Source of the DNA: Octopus sinensis
Taxonomy: Eukaryota
DNA: 64,000 nucleotides
NCBI RefSeq assembly: GCF_006345805.1
Contig: NC_042998.1
Location: 113,026,001-113,090,000 of the forward strand
Reading direction: 5' to 3'
A model generated the notes under the pieces. The model made no database searches, was not told the DNA's origin, and saw only the letters and a list, made by a program, of their open reading frames with translations. The position numbers and the translations under genes were made by a program. Below are positions 40,140 through 53,084 of this stretch, piece after piece; position 1 is the stretch's first letter; every line of letters starts with the position of its first letter.

Positions 40140-40323
40140 ATGGTTACTGTTATGGACCATCCAACAGTAAATAAAAAATTACACCAACGGAATTACGAAG
40201 TGGACTATTCAGACACTAAAACAGAAGACGCAAACATTCTCAGCAAGAATGATTCTACCAAATACGTTTTGAATTACCGTATACCTTTGTTGAAGCGTGA
40301 TTATATTGTTACAAGATCCCTCG
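40140..40323 (+). CDS. TSSK: TSSK-like kinase gene C, exon 1 (longer N-terminal extension, ..LLKRDYIVTRSL+G)
   Basis: ORF-track 40140..40367 contains LLKRDYIVTRSLG followed by a G|GTAAGT donor at 40324 (phase 1). It joins exon 2 as LG-NGSFSKVK. The start codon could be 40140 or 40152. Confidence 0.85.
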
Positions 40324-40689
40324 GTAAGTCACTGGTTTCTACAAAGGTAGGCGAGCGATTGAGTTAGTTTATTAGTGGAAAAAAACTCAGTCAGGAGTAA
40401 ATCACCACTACACCGAAGACGGTGTTTATTATGATGCAGAGGAAATACCACTAGAGGTAAATATTTACACAGATACGCACGCACTCACACACACACATAG
40501 ACGCATTACACACATTTTCTTCCCTCAGAAGTTACACACACACACACACACATATATATATATGTATGCATGTATGTATGCATATATGTATGTATGTATG
40601 TGTATGTATGTATGTATGTATGTATGTATGTATGTATGTATATATATATATATATGTATGTATGTGTGCATGTATATATATATATATAT

Positions 40690-40767
<78 letters not shown>

Positions 40768-41179
40768 TTTGAACAAATAAAAAATAACGAAATTACGAAG
40801 ATGTTTTTATTTCTGTCTCTCAGTATATATGTATATACACTTACAGTGAGAAAGAAATAAAGCACAGTTTTAGGCACATAACGCCGCTCAGTTTAACACC
40901 ACCTTTCGTGAAATTCCTTCTGTTGTTAGCAATTGGACCGGCTTCCCGGTCGGAATTTTCCTTGACCGCTCAACACACTGTCACCATTTACATTTCCTAA
41001 GAACAAAACAGAAAACAAAAAACACACAGCTTATTCAACTTCTTCGTGGATTGTCTTCCAACCTAGACCTCTTATATCACCTCTTACTAACATGTAACTT
41101 CCACAACCTAATTTATCACCGACACACAAATTCTCCAACTTCTATTTATAATCTATTTCTGTTGCTCAATCCTCACTCC

Positions 41180-42520
41180 GAAACGTAGAGCCTGCGCACC
41201 CAGAGATTCCATCCACCCTGTCACCTGTATTATCTGATATCAGCAACAATGACCTCAGTTATTCTGGCTCAAAATCTTCTTCTACGCCTATTCCTCCAAA
41301 TGCATCTGCCTCTTCTGCAGATATCCTAACTCCTCGAACCGCCAACAACTTCGATCACATCTCCTCCTATACTAAAGACATACATCCATATCTCAATTCC
41401 TTTTCCCCTGACATTATTGTCCTTGGTGACTTTAATGCTCACAACTCCTCTTAGCTCTCACACTAACCTCGTACTGATGTTTCGTAGTGCGGAAACCAAA
41501 TCTTTTGTGCAACCCACAACTCTATACACTAACTTGTTTCAAGTCCTGCAGACATCCCTTACTGAGATACTGGAGTTTTGTTTTCATCCCCAAATCCAAA
41601 TTCTTCCATAACTGTTTCAGCACCTATCGAGTTGTCTGACTACTGCCTTATTGTGACTATTCCACTCTGTTGTCTTAAGACATGGGTAGACTGAGCAGTT
41701 GCTCGGGGTCCCCACAGGTCTAGGGACCCAATTTTGATCTATGTATGTTGTAGCTTTCTGTCAATAAAATATAGGGTCCAGTGCACTGATCTGCCTGGGA
41801 GCCAATAATGCTGCTAAGACGGCTCTGCTACTCAATACACATCGGCAAACTACATAATGCTTGCCACGCTCAAATATTATATTACAAATTACCCGACAGA
41901 TTGGAGCTCCACCAATTTTATGTTAACTGTCCCTAATAACACTTATGCTTCGCTCCTACCCCATCAGAAACATCTAGGCGTGTGACTGAGTCCACTCTCT
42001 TGGACATGTCCCTCTATATTTCAAACACAACTTAAGTAGTTTATTCATGGCTTGTGTGGTAGTAGTTCAGGTAAAAATTGAACCCCTACAACGCAGTGAA
42101 ACTGACCGGCTCTAAAAACAGACTCTTACAAGATTAGGTAACTCTGATAATCCCACTATCCCTGAAGGATGTCTCCGTGCATCGCCCTACCTTCAAGCTT
42201 TCCTATCTCCCAAACTACAGTAGATCCATCCGGTGGCTTGCCAAAAGAATCTCTAACAACCTTGCTAAACTCTTCCTTTGTTCCATTTTCTAACCATGAG
42301 GCTTCTGTGAGCACTTACTTCTGGGGAGAAAACCTCCACTTTTGATATCCACTTTACATGCAGCTCCACACAACACGCCCTTAATAAATCTCATCTAAAT
42401 GTATCCACTTCCACCATAACATGCTCGTTCCTTTGCATACACACGCACCAGCTGTTACACGCCCTTTCCATTACCCTCAAACAATACGCTCTCGATCTAG
42501 CCTCTAAAGCCACAAAACTT
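41180..42520 (+). mobile_element. Decayed CR1/L2-type LINE fragments (APE endonuclease plus C-terminus), interrupted by a small MITE at about 41670-41827
   Basis: PDIIVLGDFNAHNSS* (APE motif) near 41407-41453 and KHLGV near 41972. The MITE ends ..gtcttaagacatggg and gctaagacggctctg. Confidence 0.55.
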
Positions 42521-42525
42521 TTCAC

Positions 42526-42526
<1 letters not shown>

Positions 42527-42586
<60 letters not shown>

Positions 42587-42756
42587 AAAGGCATATAACC
42601 TGATCTTTGGAACTTCTCTGGCCCTACCAGCAATCGTCTTATTGCATCCCAAAGACATGAAGATAATCATCAGCATTGACTCTCTCTCTCTGTCTTTCCT
42701 TTTTTCTTTCTCTCTCTCTCTCTCTTTCCTTTTCTCTCTCTTCCTCTCTCTCTCTT

Positions 42757-42833
<77 letters not shown>
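42527..42833. repeat. Two (CT)n-rich tracts
   Basis: Read directly from the sequence. Confidence 0.95.
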
Positions 42834-42838
<5 letters not shown>

Positions 42839-43768
42839 TTACGGTTTTCGTAAAGCTAGATCTACAAGAGACCAACTTTTTCTTATATCACTCACCAGTG
42901 ATATAAGAAATATATATATAAATCATTCAACTACGGTAGTAGTTGAATAATATTCTTAAAGCCGCAATTTACTCACACATAGCATCTTTCGACATACTAC
43001 AATACTTAAAAAATGAGTTTTATGCAAAATAGTTTTATGCAAAGTAGAATAGTATATATGGTAGGCAAATTCATTATGAAAAATATAGGCATTGGCTCAA
43101 GACTAAAAATGTGAACACTTGGCAATTAATAACTTAGGCAATAACTCAAGCAAATTTGACTGTGAATTTGTTGTTATAGGTAGATTTTACTAGTCCGGGA
43201 ACCTTTTCATACCACCTCACACCGGTGTTGGTGTGTTTAGGTCCCCGCAACTTAGCGGTCCAGCAAAAGAGAACGATAGAATAAATACCAGGCTTTAAAA
43301 TAAATAAGTCCTGGGGTCGATTTGTTCGACTAAAAACCCTTCAAGGTGGTGCTCCAGCATGGGCGCAGTCAAAAATGACTGACGTAAAATATTTTAAAAA
43401 ATAAAAGACTGTAAGAGTGGTGAAGCTATTTGTCATTTGAACGATTTTATATTGAGGTAAACCTTAAGTAGTTAAATAACCTCTTTCTAACGCGTTGTGA
43501 TTACATCTATGTCATGTAATTTTGCAATTTAAGAGCAGAAGATAACTATCAAATAACTATTAAGCGAATAATAAATAGAGTGAAGTTCTCAAAGGCTCAT
43601 GATTCGACTGAAAGTTGAATATATCAGATTCCAATAGAAGATATTACGTTCGTGATCAGTAGTTGCCCTAAAATGCAGCATGGTATTGTTATGCAATGCC
43701 CTCCGTAAGTAAGACTGCCAAAGACCAAACAAATATTTCTAACATAAACGTTAGAAGGTACAGATGGT

Positions 43769-43988
43769 TACTCTTTTACTCTTTTACTCTTTTACTTGTT
43801 TCAGTCATTTGACTGCGGCCATGCAGGAGCACCGCCTTTAATCGAGCAACTCGACCTCGGGACTTATTCTTTTGTAAGCCCAGTACTTATTCTATCGGTC
43901 TCTTTTGCCGAACCGCTAAGTAACGGGGACATAAACACACCAGCATCGGTTGTCAAGCAATGCTAGGTGGATAAACACAGACACACAA

Positions 43989-44027
<39 letters not shown>

Positions 44028-44188
44028 AGGGGCTTCTTTCAGTTTCCGTCTATCAAATCCACTCACAAGGCTTTGGTCGGCCCGAGGCTATAGTAGAAGA
44101 CACTTGCCCAAAGCGCCACGCATGGGACTGAACCCGGAACCATGCGGTTGGTAAACAAGCTACTTACCACACAGCCACTCCTGCGCCT
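43769..44188 (-). mobile_element. SINE family B, full length
   Basis: Reverse complement of aggcgcaggagtggctgtgtggtaag..ccgggttcagtccc head, internal (TA/CA) SSR and (agtaaaag)n tail. Confidence 0.92.
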
Positions 44189-44384
44189 ATACAAAAAATA
44201 TTTATAGACCGTCCTCATTAAAACTTCCACCAGTGCAAACATAACAGAACTAACATTGCTTAGTACACATAAAAACAGAACTAACATTGCTTAGTACACA
44301 TAAAAACAAATTATGTCATGTTATAGAGGCTAGCTACCCTGGGATGTAAACATTTGTTTCAAAATGAGAAATAGAATATTAGTT

Positions 44385-44782
44385 AACCAAATGGTTCTGA
44401 GTTCAGTCCCACTGCGTGATACCTTGGGCAAGTGTCTTCTACCACAGCCTCGGGCCGATCAAAGCCTGTGAGTGGATATGGGAGACGGAAACTGAAAAGA
44501 AGCCCTAAGTATATATATATATGTATGTTTTTTTCTGTATGCATGTATGTATGTATATGTTTAAGTGTGTCTTTGTGTCTGTGTTTGTCCCCACCACCAT
44601 CGCTTGACAACCAATGCTGGTGTGTTTACGTCCCCATAACTTAGCGGTTCGGCAAAAGAGACCGATAGAATAAGTACAAAGAATAAGTTCTGAGGTCGAT
44701 TTATTCGACTAAAACTCACCAAGGCGGTGCTCCAGTATGGCCGCAGTCAAAAGACTGAAACAAGTAAAAGAATAAAAGAATA
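44385..44782 (+). mobile_element. SINE family B, near full length, inverted relative to 43769-44188
   Basis: ggttctgagttcagtcccactgcgtg head and ttagcggttcggcaaaagagaccgatagaataagtac..gactgaaacaagtaaaag tail. Confidence 0.9.
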
Positions 44783-45067
44783 AATTACTTCGAAACTTAA
44801 AACTTCTCTACTGAGATTGTGAATTTACGTTTATATCTATAATAATAGGTATGCTTAATTAAGATAAGTGTTTAAGTTTAATCTCGAAAAACTTGGGTCT
44901 TCTGTCAAAAGCAATGACCAGCTAATAATCTGTTTACAGATTGAAAATTCAGTCTGTAAGCTCAAGAGTAAAAATATACAAAAATTTGACATGTAATTTT
45001 TTACTGTTGTTATTAAATCTAAATTTCAGTGGCGGAAGGTAATTTTTACATGTTTTCTTTCATTATC

Positions 45068-45287
45068 TCTCTTTTACTCTTTTACTTGTTTCAGTCGTTT
45101 GACTGCGGCCATGCTGGAGCACCGCCTTTAATCGAGCAACTCGACCCTGGGACTTATTCTTTTGTAAGCCCAGTACTTATTCTATCGGTCTCTTTTGCCA
45201 AACCGCTAAGTAACGGGGACATAAACCCACCAGCATCGGTTGTCAAGCAATGCTAGGGGGACAAACACACTCACACAAACACACACA

Positions 45288-45377
<90 letters not shown>

Positions 45378-45543
45378 TACGACGGGCTTCTTTCAGTTTC
45401 CGTCTACCAAATCCACTCACAAGGCTTTGGTCTGCCCGAGGCTATAGTAGAAGACACTTGCCCAAGGTGCCACGCAGTGGGACTGAACCTGGAACCATGT
45501 GGTTGGTAAACAAGCTACTTACCACACAGCCACTCCTGTGCCT
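45068..45543 (-). mobile_element. SINE family B, full length, with an expanded internal (TA)n
   Basis: Colinear with 43769-44188. Confidence 0.92.
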
Positions 45544-46019
45544 ATAGGGAGAATTTAGATAATTAGAAGTAAAAACGGTAATATGCATACATGTAAGACA
45601 TACGTATCATACATTGCAAATACAATCTGTTAGCGGAACAGCAAAAGTATGCAAGACTTTTCTCAAGTTCAAAATGTGAATATTTTTTCTTATTTACATT
45701 CCAACGAAGGAGTTTTGTATCTTTTAGAAACCAGCTCCTTTCTTACGAGATTTCAAATATGAATAGAAGGGTACGTGCAAGCATGCATACATACTTGCCT
45801 GCCTACCTACCTACCTACCTACCTACCTACCTACCTACCAACATACATGCTTATATACAAATCTACATGCTTATATGCATTCATATGTACGTATATATAT
45901 ATCATGATCGCAATCTAATGACTGAAACAAGTAAAAGATAAAAGATATATATATATATATACATATATATACATATATATACATATGTATATATATATAC
46001 ATATATATACATATGTATA

Positions 46020-46380
46020 TAGTGGTAAGAAGCTTGTTTCACAACCACATGGTTCCAGGCTCAGTCCCACTGCGTGGCACCTTGGGCATGTGGGCATGTG
46101 TCTTCTACTATAGCCTCGGACCGACCAAATCCTTGTGAGTGGATTTAGTACTTGGAAACTGAAAGAAGCGTTTTGATGTATTGAAAGATACAGATAAAGA
46201 AATAATCTTATTCTCAAACGTAGGATAATGCAAATAATATAGCATGAACAGGATAAACTATCCTTATTTTGCAGAAGAATCTGTTGGCGGCCAGATTTTT
46301 CTTCAAAATAGAGATAGTTTATCCTGTTCATGCTATATTATTAGCATTATCCTGCGTTTGAGAATAAGATTATTTCTTCA

Positions 46381-46435
<55 letters not shown>

Positions 46436-46640
46436 TTGTGTATCTGTGTTTATCCACCCACCATCGCTTGACAACTGATGTTGGTGTGTTTACGTCTCCG
46501 TAACTTAGTGGTTCAGCAAAAACAAACCGATAGAATAAGTACTAGGCTTACAAAGAGTAGGTCCTGGGGTCGACTTGTTCGACTAAAGGCGGTGCTGCGG
46601 CATAGCCGCTATCAAATGACTGAAACAAGTAAAAGAATAA
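46020..46640 (+). mobile_element. SINE family B split by an inserted 182-bp fold-back
   Basis: Head 46020-46170, hairpin 46197-46378, (TG)n, tail 46445-46640. Confidence 0.85.
46197..46378. repeat. Near-perfect fold-back palindrome (87-bp arms)
   Basis: 46197-46283 vs the reverse complement of 46292-46378: 6 mismatches by manual count; 8-nt loop. The ORF track shows MNRINY on both strands. Confidence 0.95.
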
Positions 46641-46652
46641 AAGAATATATAC

Positions 46653-46726
<74 letters not shown>

Positions 46727-47099
46727 CTATATATTAGGGGAGAGTTCACGAAAAAAACAAAAGACGAAGACAGGTGGTGTACAAAACAAACAGATGTATT
46801 TAGTCTATATATATTACAAATAAGAAAAAGAAGCACATTAGTTGGTTCATCAGCTTTAGGATATTAAAATGTTGACTTATTTATTTATCAAAACAACGTC
46901 AACAGTATATTGGATAAGTATTATCCCTTAGTGGGTTGGATCCACAACCCCTAACTTACTTAGTGTTATATTATATTATATATATATATATATACACGCA
47001 CACACACACACACACACACACCCATACGTACATACATACATACATATATACATACATACATACACATACACACACATACTTATATACATACATACATAC

Positions 47100-47758
47100 C
47101 GACGAGATATGTTATATCTAGGAGACTCTATAATCAGATCCGTCGGAAGGATAACTCCGAGGTCAAGGAAATAAGTACCCACAGTATGGTAGAAGCCATA
47201 GCCACTCATAATAAAAAGTACTGGCGGAATGTCCCAGTGAAAACCTTAATAAAATATACACATAATAAACCTGACATAGTGATTTGGGATAGAGAAGAGA
47301 AACTGAGTACAGTTGCGGAATCAGCTGCCCGGCGGATGTTAACATTAAGCTGAACTATTGAGAAATCTACAGTTACTCTATCCAGATTACATGTTCAGGT
47401 TTTTACCAACAATTATTAGGTCACTGGGATATGTAACACACTGCCTAAGTACCAGCCTTGAGAAATTAGGTTTCTCAAAACCAGGAAGGAGAAAGCTGAT
47501 TCGAAGACTACAGATCCAAGCCATCACTGGAAATGTATAAATCTGTAAAACTTTCCATTTTAACATTTAAGTATATACAAGCTTGTCTAGACATGCAACT
47601 ATATGTATGAGAATACATACGTAAAGCAAAATATACAAATCTGCACACATACATACATACAAAAATACCCTGTTGATATTTTCGAAATTTCAATGAAGGT
47701 TAGAAACCGGCTCTTTCTCTATTGGCAAGATATCTTGAAATAAAACTAAATAATGAAA
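47100..47758 (+). mobile_element. 3' end of a second RLE-type non-LTR retrotransposon family embedded in (TACA)/(CA) repeats
   Basis: HNKPDIVIWDREEK (RLE PD motif) and LRNLQLLYPDYMFRFLPTII..LGY..LEKLGF..LIRRLQIQAITG, then a 3' UTR ending in (CA)n(TACA)n. The 5' flank is also (TACA)n. Confidence 0.75.
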
Positions 47759-47855
47759 CACACACACACACACACACATACATACATACACACATACATA
47801 CACGTACACACACGTACACACATACAAGCACGTGCGCGCACACGCACACACTCAC

Positions 47856-47886
<31 letters not shown>

Positions 47887-48151
47887 CATACATACATACA
47901 TACATACATACATTGTGGAAAGCGGCTCCAGTGACACTTGAACATGCAACGTACATGGCCGAAACAAATCCCGCTCGAAAATTTCATCAATCCACCACCT
48001 TAGTTCGGTACTTTATTTTTCGGGCCCAAAAGTCTGAAAGGTTAAGTTGACATGGGCGAGATCTGAATTCAGAGTGCAGAAATCCGAAACAAATGTTGTA
48101 AGGCATTCTTTCCGACGATCTAATAACTGTGTGTGTGTATGTACATACATA

Positions 48152-48183
<32 letters not shown>

Positions 48184-48229
48184 TATTTACGCACATATAT
48201 TTGATAATATTCATAGGGAGACGAAGACA

Positions 48230-48540
48230 CGCTCATGGAATGTGACCAAGTGAGGTTTATTTTCCAACATAGTCCCCCCCTTGCTGTTCATACACTTCTT
48301 TGCGCAGCTTGGATCTCATTGATGAAGCTTTCAGCTGGTTGGTGAAAAGAATTACCAACAGCAGATATGACGTCATCATCACTGCGGTACTGGTTCCCAG
48401 CCAACTGTTTTTTCATGTTGGGAGAACAGATGATAGTTAGATGGGACCAAATCAGGAGAATAGGGAGGCTGATCAACCAGTTCAAAGCCACTGCCATGTG
48501 ATTACAAAGCAAACTTCTGATCCGTACAAGAACGAACATT
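48230..48540 (-). mobile_element. Mariner transposase 3' fragment
   Basis: Minus strand QPPYSPDLVPSNYHLF / PNMKKQLAGNQYRSDDDVISAV. Confidence 0.85.
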
Positions 48541-48580
48541 CGACTTAGTTTAGTCACTTAGATTCTTCTATCTCTTCTAG

Positions 48581-48882
48581 GTAATGGCAGTTTCTCTAAG
48601 GTGAAGCTACTGCGCAGTCTGACTAATCACTCACAACAATTTGCAGTGAAAATCGTAAACCGTTCGAGAGCTCCACGAGACTTCTTAACTCGATTTTTAC
48701 CGAGAGAATTGGAATTTTGGCCCAGTCTTAATCATCCGAATATTATAAAATTTCACGAAACTTTTGAAGAAATGCATCTTGTATATATGGTCCTTGAATA
48801 CGCCAGCCGTGGAGATCTATTAGCACACATTCAGAAATATGGTTCTTTGCCGGAAGACAGAACAAAAACACTTACACGGCAG
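48581..48882 (+). CDS. TSSK: TSSK-like kinase gene C, exon 2 (N-lobe)
   Basis: tctcttctag acceptor, then GNGSFSKVK..FAVKIVNRSRAPRDFLTRFLPRELEFWPSLNHPNIIKFHE..GDLLAHIQ..RQ, then a CAG|GTAAAT donor. 302 nt, the same length as gene B exon 2. Confidence 0.95.
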
Positions 48883-50258
48883 GTAAATTCTTAAAATCTT
48901 ATTTATATATTTACGTTAGTAGTTGAGTGATTGTTTACTTTTTCTGTCTTATACTGGAGGAAGTGTTACTGCCCTTGATCTTCTCAAGCCCTCCCAGAGT
49001 AGTAAGACTTATACGATTGAAATTCAGTTGAATATTTGTAAATAGATATCTACATTGAAATGAAGAGCAGGAAATAAATTACGAATAGTTCATGTTTGGG
49101 GTAGGAGGAATCGGATCAGTGATTAGTGTGGGTGGTGATACAGTTATTGTTTAAACCCATCCAATGTGAGTGATCAAATTTGTGATCAGAGACGTTCCAT
49201 CTTTGACCATTTCAATTTTTTTATATCACGAACTACGTTGTTTAATAAATAATTCTTTATTTAAGAGTTGCAGTACAGGTGCTCTTCATTATCTTATAAT
49301 GGCTCGCACACGAGCCAGTTAGAAGTGGTGTGCAAATAGCTAACAACAGCAGAAGAAAAAGCAGAGAGAGGAAAGCGATCACGTTTTTAGGTCAGCGTTT
49401 GTAGTATGATATTAAGCGAGTTTTTGCCAATCGCTTGAATGACTGCAATCTTGGATGTTTGTGTATATTGCTGCAAAATCGTTCGCTAATCTGGAAGTAG
49501 TATTGTATTGGCGGTGTAGGCGATTTTATTCAGCAAGTTATCAGGACTAAAGTATTTTCTGGTCCGGAAAAGGAAGACTAGTCTTGGAGTAGTGTTTAAG
49601 CTATGCCATTGATGAGGGATCGCCAAGAGAGATCATCAGGGATTGTGAGGACGAATATTTTAAGATAATCTTACAATGTGTTACTAATTATTAGTCTACA
49701 ATTGTCATAATGTATGTAAATATCATCAAAATGGAGAGGAATATTTAGGAAAATACATGTAAAAAGAGAACATACTCCCGTGAATAATCTTCTATTTTGT
49801 GTTACTTCTTTTAATAGAGTCTGCGCTCGGAGATTGGGGAGAGAGGGAGTAAACAGTAGCATGTGTATACGTTTGAGCGTAGACAGTTAAATAGGATACT
49901 ATAGATAATGTTAATGTGAAGGCAATGTACTCCTCTTGTCGTCGGGACCTCAGGCTTGGACAAGAAGTTAGACTCTTCTGTACCATACTAGCCCATTGCC
50001 TCAATATGCCGTCGATTAAATTGACCTCAGTACTTTATTTTATCGATACCGGAAAGGTGAAAAGCAAATTGACTTCAGCTGGGATTTCAACTCTGAACGT
50101 AAAGAGCTGAAGAAATGCAAGGATTCTGTCAATTTAGCACCCTCCTCCATAACCAATGAATTTAGTTTATTTAGTAGGTGAGAGTCGCAATTGTCCTAGC
50201 AATAATGCTTCTTACTGAAGGCTCGATGGGTTTTTTTCATCTTATCACCAACGCTTAC

Positions 50259-50306
<48 letters not shown>

Positions 50307-51462
50307 TTTTTTCTCTCTCTCTCTCTCTCTCTCTCTCGCTCCAGTAACTAAATCTCTATGCCAATCATGGGCACAGTACAACCTGCGGGACTTTCTGAAT
50401 GGCAGGCCTAACGAAAAGTTATCTTAAATTCTTTTGGTAGTGCGGCCCACCCGATGATGAGCCACGCTTCATGCTGCCTCATATTGAACCACGTGTCATG
50501 CGGCCCGCTTTGAAAAATGTTGCCTATGCTTGCTCTGCGTTGTTGCTTGACCTCCTATTAGTAGCAACCAAACCTTTCCCAAATCACACTCTTTCATTTA
50601 AAAGGGTTTTGATTATTTTGATTATAGGATCACTCGATCAGGAGTTTAATGATAAACCTGGAGTTTAATGATAAAAATTTTTAATTAGTAACAGACACTT
50701 CCAATATTCTCCTGTAAAGTATGGCAGAGACACACCTAAAATTAGGTAGAAGCACAATATTATGACTCCATTACTGAGGGGAATTGGATCATTGACGAAT
50801 GTGCATTTAGCTAGAAGAGTTGAGCTCATTTTTCTTTTTTCAAGCAAGATCAATGCCGTATTAAGGAATGGGCACAACTGAACATTTACCCAAAGTTCTC
50901 ACGAGTCTAGATGCCAAATGCCAACCAATGTATGTTGTGGTTTGCAGTCAATAAACGCATAGGATCTTATAACAATTTTGGGATCTTATAACACTGTTGA
51001 AACGTCCCTGGACAAGACATGCATTTTATGGAACACTGGACCATAAGATATAAGTAAAGCATGTAAGTATTAGGTTGAAAAATTCTTTGGGATAGGAAAA
51101 GTCGAAGGCTGCTCGATTTTTTTCTATCCTAAGTGGTTTTTCAACCCAGTACTTACAAGCAGCTTTATTTGATGTGACTCGAGATTCCAAAATAGAATTA
51201 TTTTACGTTCTCTTGAAAGTTTATAAAAGTCTTATGATTTCAATGTATTTTAATTGCTTAACTCTTTAACTGAGAAATTAATTTTCATGGGTATTCCAGT
51301 AATGATGTTAAGTATTTACTGCAAGTCACGTTGCCTCAATAAATTGGACATATCTCAACGGAAAATAGTATCAAACATGGCATTTCTCAACAAAAGATAG
51401 ATTGGTTTATAAAACTGCTTTCCGCAGTTAATGGTAATGAAATTTTCAATGACTATTTCTGC

Positions 51463-52601
51463 TTCCCGCAGTAAAAGTGAAATCAAGAATGGTTTCTTTC
51501 TAATAGTTAATCCGACCCTGTTCACAGGTATCTAGCTGTTACCAGCTTCGATAGCAATCGCCAAGTAGTGAGCTCCGCAACATCAGTTCCGAAAAGACAA
51601 TACTCAGATGTCTGTACATGTAGCACAAGCTATTTAATTCTCCATTCAACAATATTATCAATTTTCATTTATTTTTTCTCTCCTTTTCCTTTTTGTTTTG
51701 CTAAACCCCAGATCAGGCCAAATCGGATATACCTATGATTAAAAGCGCTTCATTTGTGAAGAGCATGTCTTCTGTTTTTCAGATACAGCATATCTGAAGC
51801 TATGTTAACCGATGTTGCCTATCATTTTTAAAGATAGTAGAGTGTGTGTAAGATTTTAATGATATTTGGCTAGTTACTAGCAAATCGACTACATATTCGA
51901 ATCGTCTTATTTATTAATTATATTTTATTCATTGTTATAGATATGCCAAGCGATCCATTACCTTCACAGTCAAAACATTACTCATCGTGATCTCAAACTG
52001 GAAAACCTTTTACTTGATGACCTCGGTAATATCAAGATTACAGACTTTGGTTTCGCAAAACGTAATTATGTAGGAGAATTAAGTCGAACATTTTGTGGTT
52101 CCAAGTCATACGCCGCTCCCGAAATTCTACTGGGGAAACCTTACGATCCCCGCAAAGCAGACACGTGGGCAATAGGTACGATCCTTTACATTATCAGTAC
52201 AGGTAAAATGCCGTTTGACGAAAACAAAAGCATAAAAAGTATTCTAGAAGAGCAACAGAAACTTGATTTCCCTCTATACAACTATCGAAAACTGAGCAGC
52301 GATTGTAAGGACCTTTTGAAAAATTTATTTACATTTGAATATACGAAAAGACCGACTGTCTTAGAAGCACTTTCTTGTCAATGGTTTAAAGAAGAATGAA
52401 AAACAATATCGTTAAACTCATCTGAGAGAATTATAATGGGAATAAATGGCAAAAATAACGTGATTAAAGAACTGAATTAATCGAAACAGTTAAGAATAAA
52501 AATATCAAATACAATCAACTTATTAGTATGTGTACGCCATATATACACATACATACGTATGTATGTATGTATGTATGTATGTATGTATGTATGTATGTAT
52601 G

Positions 52602-52634
<33 letters not shown>

Positions 52635-52799
52635 GGCTATATCTGATTCCCGCAGCAAAATCGAAATCAAGAATGGATTCTTTTTAATAGTTAATCCGAC
52701 CCTGTTCACATGTATCTAGCTGTTACCAGCTTCGATATCAATCGCAAAGTTGTGAGCTCCGCAACATCAGTTCTGAAATGACAATACTCAAATGTCTGT
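51463..52799 (+). repeat. Pair of 153-bp direct repeats (51463-51615, 52647-52799) bracketing gene C exon 3
   Basis: About 12 mismatches in 153 bp by manual alignment. Confidence 0.9.
51941..52399 (+). CDS. TSSK: TSSK-like kinase gene C, exon 3 (C-lobe, stop)
   Basis: ttgttatag acceptor, then ICQAIHYLHSQNITHRDLKLEN..ITDFGFAKR..LSRTFCGSKSYAAPE..KADTWAIG..KRPTVLEAL..W to TGA. The spliced CDS is 184+302+459=945 nt = 314 aa + stop. AATAAA at 52441. Confidence 0.95.
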   Translation: MCQAIHYLHSQNITHRDLKLENLLLDDLGNIKITDFGFAKRNYVGELSRTFCGSKSYAAPEILLGKPYDPRKADTWAIGTILYIISTGKMPFDENKSIKSILEEQQKLDFPLYNYRKLSSDCKDLLKNLFTFEYTKRPTVLEALSCQWFKEE

Positions 52800-53084
52800 G
52801 CCAGAGATTATGGCACTCCCATATCCCTGAGCCTGCGACTCATATTGGCACCAGACATCTCGTTCTGGCTTGTCTCTGGATAATGTCAATAAAGTGGGGA
52901 GGGTCTATGAGGTGTCGTGCAATCCTTATTGGACCTAAAACTCTGCACATGCATTGCTGACCTCTCCTCAATATATGCTGCTTTCCCCGCCCCCTATATA
53001 TATTATTTTATTTTCAGTATATATGCACCTTTATTTTTAGTATATATTTACTTATTCTTAGTATATATTTATTTTATTTCTATT

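Noticed and set aside
44243-44304. 31-bp tandem duplication (also short doublets near 3125-3175, 50642-50677, 50965-50995)
   Set aside because: These are ordinary slippage duplications with no further structure.
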